Shown: positions 1-8,158 of the stretch, piece after piece
How positions within the stretch are numbered: the stretch's first letter is position 1
How the letters are laid out: each line of letters begins with the position of its first letter
Source: Dehalococcoidia bacterium
GTDB taxonomy: Bacteria; Chloroflexota; Dehalococcoidia; DSTF01; WHTK01
NCBI GenBank assembly: GCA_965219205.1
Contig: CBDCMQ010000007.1
Span: forward strand, 3,812 to 67,811
Reading direction: 5' to 3'
DNA: 64,000 bases
Program-made: the position numbers and the translations under genes
Notes under the pieces: generated by a model
Seen by the model: the letters and a program-made list of their open reading frames with translations, nothing else
Databases searched by the model: none
Told to the model about the DNA's origin: nothing

Positions 1-343
1 CTGGCTAGCAGCGGCGGCAGCCGGGGCCTTTCGCGAGAGTACGGAACAACTCCTTGAGACCTGGGCTCGAGCCGGCCGGCAAGGAAAGCCGCGAGTCATT
101 GCCCTTGGCAACTTCTCACTCGGCCCCAGTGCGGAGGCGGACGCGCTTAGTTCCCTCACATACTCTTATGGCCCACTCGGTGAAACAATGCTATCTGGCG
201 TGCCGACTAGCGCGACTGCGGTGCAGGAGTTCGTCTCTCGGTTTGAGGAGGAAGGTTGCGACGAACTTATCTTGGCCCCGAGCTCTCAGGACCCGGAGCA
301 GCTTGACCTGTTTGCTGCGGCGGTCTCGCAAGTGCGGCCGTAA
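1..343 (+). CDS. LLM-class flavin/F420-dependent oxidoreductase, C-terminal end (gene begins upstream of window)
   Basis: Frame-2 translation ...GAFRESTEQLLETWARAGRQGKPRVIALGNFSLGP...VQEFVSRFEEEGCDELILAPSSQDPEQLDLFAAAVSQVRP* parallels the C-terminus of the LLM protein at 48128-49045 (..GDAGCELMILGLPGPDLAQLEALASQVVPLVR). Confidence 0.5.
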   Translation, partial: WLAAAAAGAFRESTEQLLETWARAGRQGKPRVIALGNFSLGPSAEADALSSLTYSYGPLGETMLSGVPTSATAVQEFVSRFEEEGCDELILAPSSQDPEQLDLFAAAVSQVRP

Positions 344-470
344 ACAAATCAATATCTAGCCGAGCACGAAAACGGCAAACAAACGGTACGCTTTCGCCGC
401 GCGGCGAACAAAGAAGGAAAACGCTCCAGCGCCGATCGCCAGCTCACCGCCAATATATAAGCTCTTGGAT

Positions 471-530
471 TCGTAATATAATGCCTTGAATCTTGCCGCA
501 AGCTCCGAGATTTAGATTTAAAAGGAGAGC
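471..530 (+). promoter_or_regulatory. Leader of Rieske paralog 1: TATAATGCC -10-like box plus TTTAG-box (gatttagatttaaaaggagag) abutting the RBS
   Basis: Motif seen by eye; same architecture upstream of paralogs 2,3,4,5,10. Confidence 0.35.
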
Positions 531-537
531 ACTCCCA

Positions 538-1869
538 ATGACGATCGCGTACCGAGGCGAAGAGATGCTGCGCATGGTGGACCCGGAGACCGGGACGGTT
601 GACCGGCGGATTTTCGCCGACCGGGATATCTACGAAATGGAACTGGAACGCATCTTCGCACGCGCCTGGAATTTCATGTGCCACGACTCCCAGATTCCCA
701 ACCCGGGCGACTTCTTCATGACCTTCATTGGCGAGGACCGCGTCATCTGCGTCCGCGACAACGATGGCAATCCTCAGGTCCTGGTAAACACCTGCCGCCA
801 CCGCGGCAACGCCGTCTGCCGCGCTGAAGAAGGCCACGCAACCAGCTTCATGTGCACCTACCACGGCTGGACCTATGACCTAAAGGGCTCTCTCGTCGGT
901 GTTCCCGGCTTTAAAGAGGTCTACCACGAAGAGCTCGACCGCGAAAATTGGGGCCTAATCAAGGCCGGCAAGGTCGATTCCTTCAAGGGCTTTATTTTCG
1001 CCACGATGGACTCGCAGGCTGTGGATCTCGATGAATTCCTTGGCGATGTCGGCACTATCGGCCTCAGCCTGCTCGCCGAACGCGGTGACCCTATGCAAAT
1101 CGTACCTGGAGTCCAAAAGTACACCATGCAGTGCAACTGGAAGCTGGCCGTCGACAACCTGTTCGACTGGTACCACCCCTTCATCAGCCATTACTCCGCC
1201 TTCGCTCTGAGAATGTTCGGCGAACCGAAGCCTGGTGGCGCCCTGGCCGACCCGCTCAAGCAGGAGCATCTGGTCAGCCTCGGTGACTACGGGCACGCCA
1301 TGAGTGGTCCCTTGTCCTATCTCGACAAGAACGGTGAGTCCATTCCCGGTTTTGATGAAAGCTGGCGCGAGCGGCCCCAGGCCAAGGAAGCCATCCCGCC
1401 CGGCATGATCAACACCTCCGCCCATCCCAACATCTTCCCCAACCTCTGGGTTTCGCAAAGCAGCGGCCAGCTGAGCTTGAGGGTTCCCAAGGGCCCCGGC
1501 ACAACCGAGATTTGGTGGTTCACCTACACTGACAAAAACGACCCGGCCGAGACCTTTCAAATCAAACGCGGAGCGGCTAACCACGTCTTTGGTCCCGCCG
1601 GGCTGCTTGAGATGGACGATGGTGAGAACTGGGGTGAAAGTACCAAGGGGGCTAAAGGAGTCATAAGCTCCCGCGCGCCGCTCAACTACTCGATGAACCG
1701 CAACCACGGCGAGATTATCGACGACGAGTCCGGCCCGTTGCGAATTGAGACCAACGTTAGTGAGCACGCTCAGTTGTGGACTTATCGCGCCTGGTCGGAG
1801 TGGATGGCGGCTGATAGCTGGGACGAACTAAAAGCCAATCACACGCCCTCACCTGGAGATCGCGTTTAA
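538..1869 (+). CDS. Rieske [2Fe-2S] non-heme iron oxygenase alpha subunit, alpha-only type (paralog 1)
   Basis: MTIAYRGEEM start with AGGAG RBS; CRHRGNAVCRAEEGH..CTYHGW Rieske motif; NWKLAVDNLFDWYHPFISH mononuclear Fe motif; 443 aa. Confidence 0.85.
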   Translation: MTIAYRGEEMLRMVDPETGTVDRRIFADRDIYEMELERIFARAWNFMCHDSQIPNPGDFFMTFIGEDRVICVRDNDGNPQVLVNTCRHRGNAVCRAEEGHATSFMCTYHGWTYDLKGSLVGVPGFKEVYHEELDRENWGLIKAGKVDSFKGFIFATMDSQAVDLDEFLGDVGTIGLSLLAERGDPMQIVPGVQKYTMQCNWKLAVDNLFDWYHPFISHYSAFALRMFGEPKPGGALADPLKQEHLVSLGDYGHAMSGPLSYLDKNGESIPGFDESWRERPQAKEAIPPGMINTSAHPNIFPNLWVSQSSGQLSLRVPKGPGTTEIWWFTYTDKNDPAETFQIKRGAANHVFGPAGLLEMDDGENWGESTKGAKGVISSRAPLNYSMNRNHGEIIDDESGPLRIETNVSEHAQLWTYRAWSEWMAADSWDELKANHTPSPGDRV

Positions 1870-1970
1870 ACGCCAGATCTCCCATCCCCAAAAAAGAGCG
1901 CGGCCTGAGGCTGCACTCTTTTTTGGTTGCGCTCTTGCGATCCGGTGATAGGCTAACGGTTCTTGGCCGG

Positions 1971-2102
1971 TACTATAATGGTGCCAACGCCGCGCGGTCG
2001 GCTGGTTTTGAATCTCAAGAACAGCCCGCACCAAGCGGTTATAAACCTCTTTAGTAGAGTTTTTAGAAGTCAGCCCGTTTAGTAAACGTCTTTCAAAGTG
2101 AG
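1971..2102 (+). promoter_or_regulatory. Leader of paralog 2: tactataatggtgcc then two TTTAG-boxes (ctttagtagagtttttagaag; gtttagtaaacgtctttcaaagtgagg)
   Basis: Direct sequence inspection. Confidence 0.4.
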
Positions 2103-2111
2103 GTTACTCCC

Positions 2112-3440
2112 ATGACTATCGCCTACCGCAGCGAAGAGATGCTCCGCATGGTGGACCCCGAGACCGCGACGGTCGACCGGCGAATATTCGCCGACCGGGA
2201 CATCTACGAGATGGAACTGAAGCGGATCTTCGCCCGCGCCTGGAACTTCATGTGTCACGACTCCCAGATCCCCAACCCCGGCGACTTCTTCCAGACGATC
2301 ATCGGTGAAGACCGCGTCATCTGCGTCCGCGACAACGATGGAAACCCCCAGGTGCTGGTCAACACCTGCCGCCACCGCGGCAACGCCATCTGCCGTGCCG
2401 AGGAAGGCCACGCCACCTCCTTCATGTGCACTTACCACGGCTGGACCTACGACCTCAAGGGCGCCCTGGTCGGCGTACCGGGCTTCAACGAGGTCTACCA
2501 CGAGGAGCTGGACCGCGAAAACTGGGGCTTAATCAAGGCTGGCCGAGTCGACACCTATAAGGGCTTCGTCTTTGCCACCATGGACCGGGAGGCCGTCGAG
2601 CTCCAGGAGTTCCTCGGCGATGTCGGCACCATTGGCCTTAGCCTGATCGCCGAACGCGCCGACCAGATGCGGATCATCCCCGGTGTCCAGAAGTACACGA
2701 TCCCTTGCAACTGGAAGCTTGCCGTCGACAACCTGTTCGATTGGTATCACCCCGGCATCAGCCATTATTCCGCCTTCGCCTTGAGGATGTTCGGCGAACC
2801 CAAGCCCGGCGGCGCTCTCGCCGATCCATTGAAGCAGCCTCAGCTAGTCAGCCTCGGCGACTACGGCCACGCCATGAGCGGACCGCTTTCCTACATCGAC
2901 GAAATCGGCGAGACCTGGTCAATGGACGAAAAGTGGCGCGACCGGCCGGCCGCGAAGGAAGCCATACCGCCAGGAATGGCTATGACCCAGGCCCATCCCA
3001 ACATCTTCCCCAATCTTTGGGTGTCTCAAAACGGTTCTCAGCTCTGCCTCCGCGTGCCCAAAGGCACATCAAAAACCGAAATCTGGTGGTTCAGCTTCGT
3101 CAACAACGACGAGCCGCCGGAGACCTTTCCCATGAAGCGCGCGATGGCCATAAACGTCTTCGGCCCCGCCGGGTTTCTTGAGATGGACGACGGCGAAAAC
3201 TGGGGCGAGAGCACTAAGGGAGCCAAGGGAGTCATCAGCAGCCGCGCTCCGCTCAACTACGCCATGAACCGCAACCACGGTGAGGTAATCGACGACGAGT
3301 CCGGACCTCTGCGCATTGAGACAAACGTCAACGAGCACGCCCAGTTTTGGACTTACCGCGCGTGGGCCGACTGGATGGCCGCCGAGAGCTGGGCAGAGCT
3401 CAAGGCTAACCACACACCATCGCCCGAAGGACGCGTCTAG
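2112..3440 (+). CDS. Rieske oxygenase alpha subunit, alpha-only type (paralog 2)
   Basis: Same motifs as paralog 1; 442 aa. Confidence 0.85.
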   Translation: MTIAYRSEEMLRMVDPETATVDRRIFADRDIYEMELKRIFARAWNFMCHDSQIPNPGDFFQTIIGEDRVICVRDNDGNPQVLVNTCRHRGNAICRAEEGHATSFMCTYHGWTYDLKGALVGVPGFNEVYHEELDRENWGLIKAGRVDTYKGFVFATMDREAVELQEFLGDVGTIGLSLIAERADQMRIIPGVQKYTIPCNWKLAVDNLFDWYHPGISHYSAFALRMFGEPKPGGALADPLKQPQLVSLGDYGHAMSGPLSYIDEIGETWSMDEKWRDRPAAKEAIPPGMAMTQAHPNIFPNLWVSQNGSQLCLRVPKGTSKTEIWWFSFVNNDEPPETFPMKRAMAINVFGPAGFLEMDDGENWGESTKGAKGVISSRAPLNYAMNRNHGEVIDDESGPLRIETNVNEHAQFWTYRAWADWMAAESWAELKANHTPSPEGRV

Positions 3441-3478
3441 AGCTTTGCGCCGTCCCTCGCAGGGGGGAATCAAAAGAA

Positions 3479-3516
3479 GCGAGGAAGAGCGCGACAGATC
3501 TGTCGCTCTTCCTCGC
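3479..3516. repeat. Near-perfect inverted repeat (gcgaggaagagcgcgacaga / tctgtcgctcttcctcgc) between Rieske 2 stop and transposase start
   Basis: Palindrome centred on agatct; no U-tract follows, so could be a stem-loop terminator or an IS terminal structure. Confidence 0.4.
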
Positions 3517-4650
3517 TGATCTCGTTCAGAAAGATGCCGTACACGACAATGATGAGAAGGCGGGGACGATACGGAGTCCCAATGCAGACGTACGGGTCGA
3601 TCATCCCAGGCGGTCCAACCCTGGCTCGTCTCCTCCCAGAGGGAGCGCAGGAAGGCAGGGAGGAGCCACGACTATCACGTGAGGCGAAGGCGCGCCTCAG
3701 GGCTGTTGAGTGGCACAAGGATCACGGCGAGAAGGTGAGTCTGACGGCAAGACGCTTTGGACGCAGCCGCTCAACCCTTTACCAGTGGCTAGAGTGCTAC
3801 CGGCTCCAGGGTCCGCGGGGTCTGCAAGACCGCAGCCATAGGCCACACCAGGTCCGCAAGCCGACTTGGAGCCTAGAGTTCGAAGCAGCGGTGCTACGCC
3901 TGCGCCAAGACAATCCCGTCTGGGGCAAAGACAAGCTACAGCCGATCCTCAGACGCCAAGGGGTCACTATCTCGGTCTCGATGGTGGGCCGCATCCTCAG
4001 CCGGCTCAGACGCCAAGGCAAACTGGGGCCTGCGAGTCTGAAGGACCCTTGCATCGTCTCTCGGCCTCAGGTGCGGCCCTATGCCGTGCGTAAGCCCAAA
4101 GACTACGTCGTCAAGGCGCCGGGAGATCTGGTTCAGGTGGACAGCGCCGACGTGCGCTGGACCGGTATTACCCATGCCTACAAGCACTTCTCGGCGCGTG
4201 ATATTGTCAGCCGCTGGGACGTCTTGGGTGTCTACGGCCGCGCTACCGCCGGCACGGCGCGCGACTTCCTCGATACGGTCATCGAGCGTATGCCGGGTCC
4301 GGTGAAGGCGATCCAGGTGGACGGTGGCTCTGAGTTCAGGGCCGAGTTTGAGGCCGCCTGTGAGCAGAAGGGGCTGCGGCTTTTTGTGCTGCCACCACGC
4401 TCCCCCAAGCTCAACGGCTGCCTGGAACGAGCCCAGCGCACCCACAAAGAGGAGCTTTACCAGTTGGTTGACCCACCCGACTCGCTCAGCCAACTGAGAA
4501 CCCAGCTGCTCCAACAGGAGCAGCGTTACAACACTTACCGGCCCCATCAGGCCCTTGGCCATCTAACGCCGCAAGAGTGGCTGCTAGCATTCACCGAGAG
4601 GAGGTAAGTGTCCGGCATCTACTGGACGAGTACACTCGCTTTCGTCATTG
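3500..4650 (+). mobile_element. IS481-family insertion sequence (boundaries approximate; terminal inverted repeats not resolved)
   Basis: Single transposase ORF with N-terminal HTH and rve-type integrase core inserted between a Rieske gene and an MFS gene. Confidence 0.45.
3534..4607 (+). CDS. IS481-family transposase (HTH + DDE integrase core domain)
   Basis: HTH region ..RSRSTLYQWL..; integrase core ..PRSPKLNGCLERAQRTHKEE.. typical of IS481/rve transposases. Confidence 0.8.
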   Translation: MPYTTMMRRRGRYGVPMQTYGSIIPGGPTLARLLPEGAQEGREEPRLSREAKARLRAVEWHKDHGEKVSLTARRFGRSRSTLYQWLECYRLQGPRGLQDRSHRPHQVRKPTWSLEFEAAVLRLRQDNPVWGKDKLQPILRRQGVTISVSMVGRILSRLRRQGKLGPASLKDPCIVSRPQVRPYAVRKPKDYVVKAPGDLVQVDSADVRWTGITHAYKHFSARDIVSRWDVLGVYGRATAGTARDFLDTVIERMPGPVKAIQVDGGSEFRAEFEAACEQKGLRLFVLPPRSPKLNGCLERAQRTHKEELYQLVDPPDSLSQLRTQLLQQEQRYNTYRPHQALGHLTPQEWLLAFTERR

Positions 4651-4761
4651 AAACAAGTCGCTTCATAATATGATGCTGCCAGCAGACGGAGGAGTTGATT
4701 GGCTAGCGGCGCGCCGGACCCAATCTCCGGTTCACAACTCTCAGCGTCGATAACCAGCCAA

Positions 4762-4800
4762 TGCCTTTAAGCCCGTTTTAGAAAACATTCAGGGTAGAAG
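4762..4800 (+). promoter_or_regulatory. TTTAG-box-like element upstream of MFS transporter (gcctttaagcccgttttagaaaacattcagggtagaag)
   Basis: Resembles agcccgtttagtaaacg / ctttagtagagtttttagaag upstream of Rieske paralog 2. Confidence 0.3.
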
Positions 4801-4827
4801 TAACGAACTGAAAAAGTTTCCGCCCCC

Positions 4828-6129
4828 ATGCTAGACCAACGACCCCCACCGGGCGTGCCGGCCAGCACATCCCGGCAGGAGCGCTTTAGAAAAGCAAGGT
4901 CGGGTCCTGGCACCTTCGACTCGTTTGGCAATCGCGAGTTTAGTTGGTTCTACGTTGCCATGCTTGGCCAAATGGCGGCCATGAACATGCAGTTGGTCGT
5001 GCCGGCATTGCTCGCCTTTGAGCTGACCGGTTCCTACGCTGCACTAGGCTTGATCGGCGTCTTCAGCGGCTTGCCGATGTTCGTGCTCTCCATGTTTGGC
5101 GGTGTGCTAGCCGATCGGATGCCGAAGCGAACTGTCCTGCAGGCCGGGCAGCTACTCAGCCTGATCAATTCTGCCATTATGGCAGCTTTGGTTTTTGGCG
5201 ACATGATGTCAATGGAATGGATCTACGTTTCAGCCTTTGCCCAGGGTGCCATCTTAGCCCTCCTCATGCCCGCCACTCAGGCCATTCTTCCCGACATCGT
5301 CAGCATGGACCGCCTGATGAACGCCGTCTCTTTGAATATGGCCGGTATGCATGTCACCCAGTTGCTGGCACCTGCAGCCGCGGGCTTTATCATTTCTGCA
5401 GCCGGCTTCGATTGGGCATTTATGGCGATGGCCGCCTTTTACGGCGCAGCGTTCCTCAGTCTTGCTCGTCTCAAGTGGCAAGCGGCTACGGTTGCGAGCG
5501 AGACCGGCATGACGCTGGTTCAATTGGGTTTGAAGAGTCTCAATGACATCGGTGAAGGGCTTCGTTACATCTGGCGCGATCCGCTGATGCTCACGCTTCT
5601 TTCAATCAGTTTTGGCACTTCGATTTTTGCAATGCCGCATCTATTCTTGCTGCCGGGCTACGTGGCCGACATTTTCGACGGCGGTGGTTCCGAGGTCGGC
5701 ATCATGTTCAGTGTGAGCGGGATCGGATCTCTGGTGGCAATGCTTGGGCTTGCGGCAGCACCCGGGCGCCGCCGCGGAAGGCTGCTTCTGGTCTCCATGA
5801 TTGCGCTTGGCGCTGCAATCTTGGTCTTTGCTCAAACCGCGAACTACTGGACCGCCGCGGCGATCATGATTCCGATAGGAGTTGGGTCCGCCCTCCGTTT
5901 GGCCTTGCTACAGGGTCTACTCCAGCAGTTCGCCGAGCATGAGTACCGCGGACGCGTAATGGCTGTTTTCATGATGCAATGGAGTGTTATGCCCATTGGC
6001 ACCTTACTGGTTGGCATCGTTGCCGAAGTCACAGGAGTCCGACCCGCCTTTATGGGCCTCGGAGTAGGCCTAATGTTGGTGACTATTGCCGTCTATGCCT
6101 TTAGTCCGAGGACACGTCAGCTCAGTTGA
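4828..6129 (+). CDS. MFS transporter (12-TM type; true start may be an internal Met near 4960)
   Basis: Long hydrophobic repeats, MFS-like loop motifs; 433 aa. Confidence 0.7.
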   Translation: MLDQRPPPGVPASTSRQERFRKARSGPGTFDSFGNREFSWFYVAMLGQMAAMNMQLVVPALLAFELTGSYAALGLIGVFSGLPMFVLSMFGGVLADRMPKRTVLQAGQLLSLINSAIMAALVFGDMMSMEWIYVSAFAQGAILALLMPATQAILPDIVSMDRLMNAVSLNMAGMHVTQLLAPAAAGFIISAAGFDWAFMAMAAFYGAAFLSLARLKWQAATVASETGMTLVQLGLKSLNDIGEGLRYIWRDPLMLTLLSISFGTSIFAMPHLFLLPGYVADIFDGGGSEVGIMFSVSGIGSLVAMLGLAAAPGRRRGRLLLVSMIALGAAILVFAQTANYWTAAAIMIPIGVGSALRLALLQGLLQQFAEHEYRGRVMAVFMMQWSVMPIGTLLVGIVAEVTGVRPAFMGLGVGLMLVTIAVYAFSPRTRQLS

Positions 6130-6198
6130 ATCCCCCCGGCCGGGTCTTGGCCTACCAAGAACCAGCACAAAAGCCACTAGATGAAAAACTTGCTAAAG

Positions 6199-6377
6199 CA
6201 ACGTATAATGCCGCCAAGTAAGAGCGCTAGTGTCATAAAATCCCGGCAACCTCGTTTAGTAAGATCTTCACAAGCAATCTGGACACGTGTTCCAAGGCAC
6301 CGCTTTCACAAGCCTGCAGCCCAAATCCTCAGCCAACGCCTGCAACCCCATTTAGTAAGAATCTCTAAAAGTAGGAG
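6199..6377 (+). promoter_or_regulatory. Leader of paralog 3: cgtataatgcc then TTTAG-boxes at 6253-6274 and 6349-6377 (catttagtaagaatctctaaaagtaggag)
   Basis: Direct sequence inspection. Confidence 0.4.
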
Positions 6378-6383
6378 CCCAGA

Positions 6384-7712
6384 ATGACTATCGCCTATCG
6401 CAATGCGGATATGTTGGGCATGGTCAACACTGAGACCGGTACGGTCAACCGCCGGATCTTCTCTGACCAGGACATTTATGAGCTGGAGCTGGAGCGGATC
6501 TTCGCCCGAGCCTGGAACTTTATGTGTCACGACTCTCAGATTCCCAACCCCGGTGACTTCTTCCAGACCGTCATTGGTGAGGACCGCGTCATCTGTGTTC
6601 GTGACAACGATGGCATGCCTCAGGTTCTGGTCAATACCTGCCGCCACCGCGGAAACGCCATCTGCCGCGCTGACGAGGGCCATGCCACCTCCTTCATGTG
6701 CACCTATCACGGCTGGACCTACGACTTGAAGGGTGCCCTGGTTGGCGTACCCGGCTTCAAAGAGGTCTACCACGAGGAGCTGGACCGCGAAAACTGGGGC
6801 CTGATTAAGGCGGGCCAAGTCGATACTTATAAAGGTTTCATTTTTGCCAACATGGACCCTGAGGCTCCCTCCTTCCCCGAGTACCTCGGCGATGTCGGTC
6901 GGATGTCGATCGACCTTGTCGCCGAGAAGGGCGAGGAAGTCATCGCGGCCGCCGGGGTTCAGAAATACACGATTCCCTGCAATTGGAAATTCGCCGTCGA
7001 CAACGTCTGGGATTTCTATCACGGCCTTACCCACCAGTCGTCGCTCATGTCCGGTTGGCAGCGGAACGACCGGCGCCGCCCCGGTGATTTGACTACCAAC
7101 TTCAATCGCCCCAACATGGCTCTTCTCGGAGAATACGGTCATGTCATTGGCGGACCGGAAAACAGCCCGGACAACCCACAAAGTGCCATGCGATCCCAGG
7201 AATGGCGTGAGCGGCCCCAGGCCAAGCAGGCCTTGGGGCCGCTTGTCGACCGGATTCCCGCTGGACACCCGCAGATCTTCCCCAACTTCTGGGTGACCGG
7301 CCCGGGACTGGGCCAGGTCAGCATGCGCATGCCCAAAGGGCCGATGAAGACCGAGATCTGGTGGTTCACCTTCCTGGACAAGACCACTCCCGATAAGCAT
7401 CCAGGGCATCTCCAGCAGGCGATGCGCACCTTCGGCCCGGCCGGAATGCTGGAGCAGGATGACGGCGAGAATTGGGGACAGAGCACTCGCGGCATGGTCG
7501 GGACGGCTAGCCAGAAGCATGCCTTGAACTACTCCATGGACATCGGCCGCGGCGAGATCATCGACGACGAACTCAGCCCGCCGCGAATCGAGACATCGAG
7601 TGTTAGCGAGCACCCACAGCTCTGGCATTATCGTGCCTGGTCTGAGTGGATGTCAGCCGAGAGCTGGTCCGACCTCAAGGCCAATCACTCGGAGCCCAAG
7701 GGCCGCGTGTAG
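6384..7712 (+). CDS. Rieske oxygenase alpha subunit, alpha-only type (paralog 3)
   Basis: Same motifs; closely related to paralog 4. Confidence 0.85.
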   Translation: MTIAYRNADMLGMVNTETGTVNRRIFSDQDIYELELERIFARAWNFMCHDSQIPNPGDFFQTVIGEDRVICVRDNDGMPQVLVNTCRHRGNAICRADEGHATSFMCTYHGWTYDLKGALVGVPGFKEVYHEELDRENWGLIKAGQVDTYKGFIFANMDPEAPSFPEYLGDVGRMSIDLVAEKGEEVIAAAGVQKYTIPCNWKFAVDNVWDFYHGLTHQSSLMSGWQRNDRRRPGDLTTNFNRPNMALLGEYGHVIGGPENSPDNPQSAMRSQEWRERPQAKQALGPLVDRIPAGHPQIFPNFWVTGPGLGQVSMRMPKGPMKTEIWWFTFLDKTTPDKHPGHLQQAMRTFGPAGMLEQDDGENWGQSTRGMVGTASQKHALNYSMDIGRGEIIDDELSPPRIETSSVSEHPQLWHYRAWSEWMSAESWSDLKANHSEPKGRV

Positions 7713-7812
7713 CGGCAAGCGAAGGCGACGCGTGTAGCGGCAAGCGAAGGCGACGCGTGTAGCGGCAAGCGAAGGCCGCGTGTAGCGGCAAGCGAAGCCA
7801 AACCGTCTAGCG
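7708..7812 (+). repeat. Tandem direct repeat, about 25-bp unit GTGTAGCGGCAAGCGAAGGCGACGC x 4-5, seeded by the last codons and stop of Rieske paralog 3
   Basis: Visible contiguous repeats; a 2-copy version follows paralog 4 at 9478-9540. Confidence 0.7.
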
Positions 7813-7860
7813 GCAAGCAAGGCCCCAGCCCTTAGTTTCCAAGCCGATTGACAGGCAAAG

Positions 7861-7897
7861 AGAAGCGCGACTTAACGGCCGCGCTTCTTTATTTATT
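7861..7897 (+). terminator. Rho-independent terminator-like hairpin (agaagcgcg..cgcgcttct) + T-rich tail
   Basis: Inverted repeat followed by ttatttatt. Confidence 0.5.
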
Positions 7898-7908
7898 GGC
7901 AGCAGGCG

Positions 7909-8140
7909 TTTGAAAACCTCTCAGAGCGCCGTATAATGCCGTCAAGCAGCGAAGATCGCAGGTGCAACCTTCGCAACGCGCTTACATCTTTCGAAGGCAA
8001 AATCCACCCAACCTCTACTACCGCCTTTAGTAACAATCTTTCCGGCACGCTGCACCTTTTCCTAAACCCCACGTTTAGAATCCCAACGACCCAAAGCTCA
8101 CCAAACCCCTGTAACCCCCTTTAGTGAAAATCTTTAGAAG
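7909..8140 (+). promoter_or_regulatory. Promoter (TTGAAA-17-TATAAT at 7909-7937) and leader of paralog 4 with three TTTAG-boxes (8021-8040, 8071-8087, 8117-8140)
   Basis: Direct sequence inspection; near-identical to region 9611-9705. Confidence 0.45.
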
Positions 8141-8158
8141 CCAAAAGGAGGCCGGAAA

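Noticed and set aside
349-864. Long antisense ORFs overlapping the Rieske genes (for example 349-864, 2079-2501, 6306-7628, 8075-8797, 10018-10752, 31925-32815)
   Set aside because: Expected GC-rich antisense open frames. They lack motifs and start-site signals, and they mirror the highly conserved sense-strand coding sequence.
2305-2532. Numerous 60-110-aa alternative-frame ORFs rich in Ala/Arg/Pro/Ser/Thr (for example 2305-2532, 6403-6729, 8253-8579, 19281-20069, 18040-18858)
   Set aside because: They have typical off-frame composition for a high-GC genome and are embedded in well-supported genes on the same or opposite strand.
3479-3516. Hairpin as a classical rho-independent terminator of Rieske paralog 2
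   Set aside because: No U-tract follows the stem. It may instead be a structured IS end or a rho-dependent/structural element, so it is annotated only as an inverted repeat.
7708-7812. Possibility that the 25-bp tandem array is a CRISPR array
   Set aside because: The repeats are directly contiguous with no spacers, the unit derives from the gene's 3' end, and there are no cas genes.
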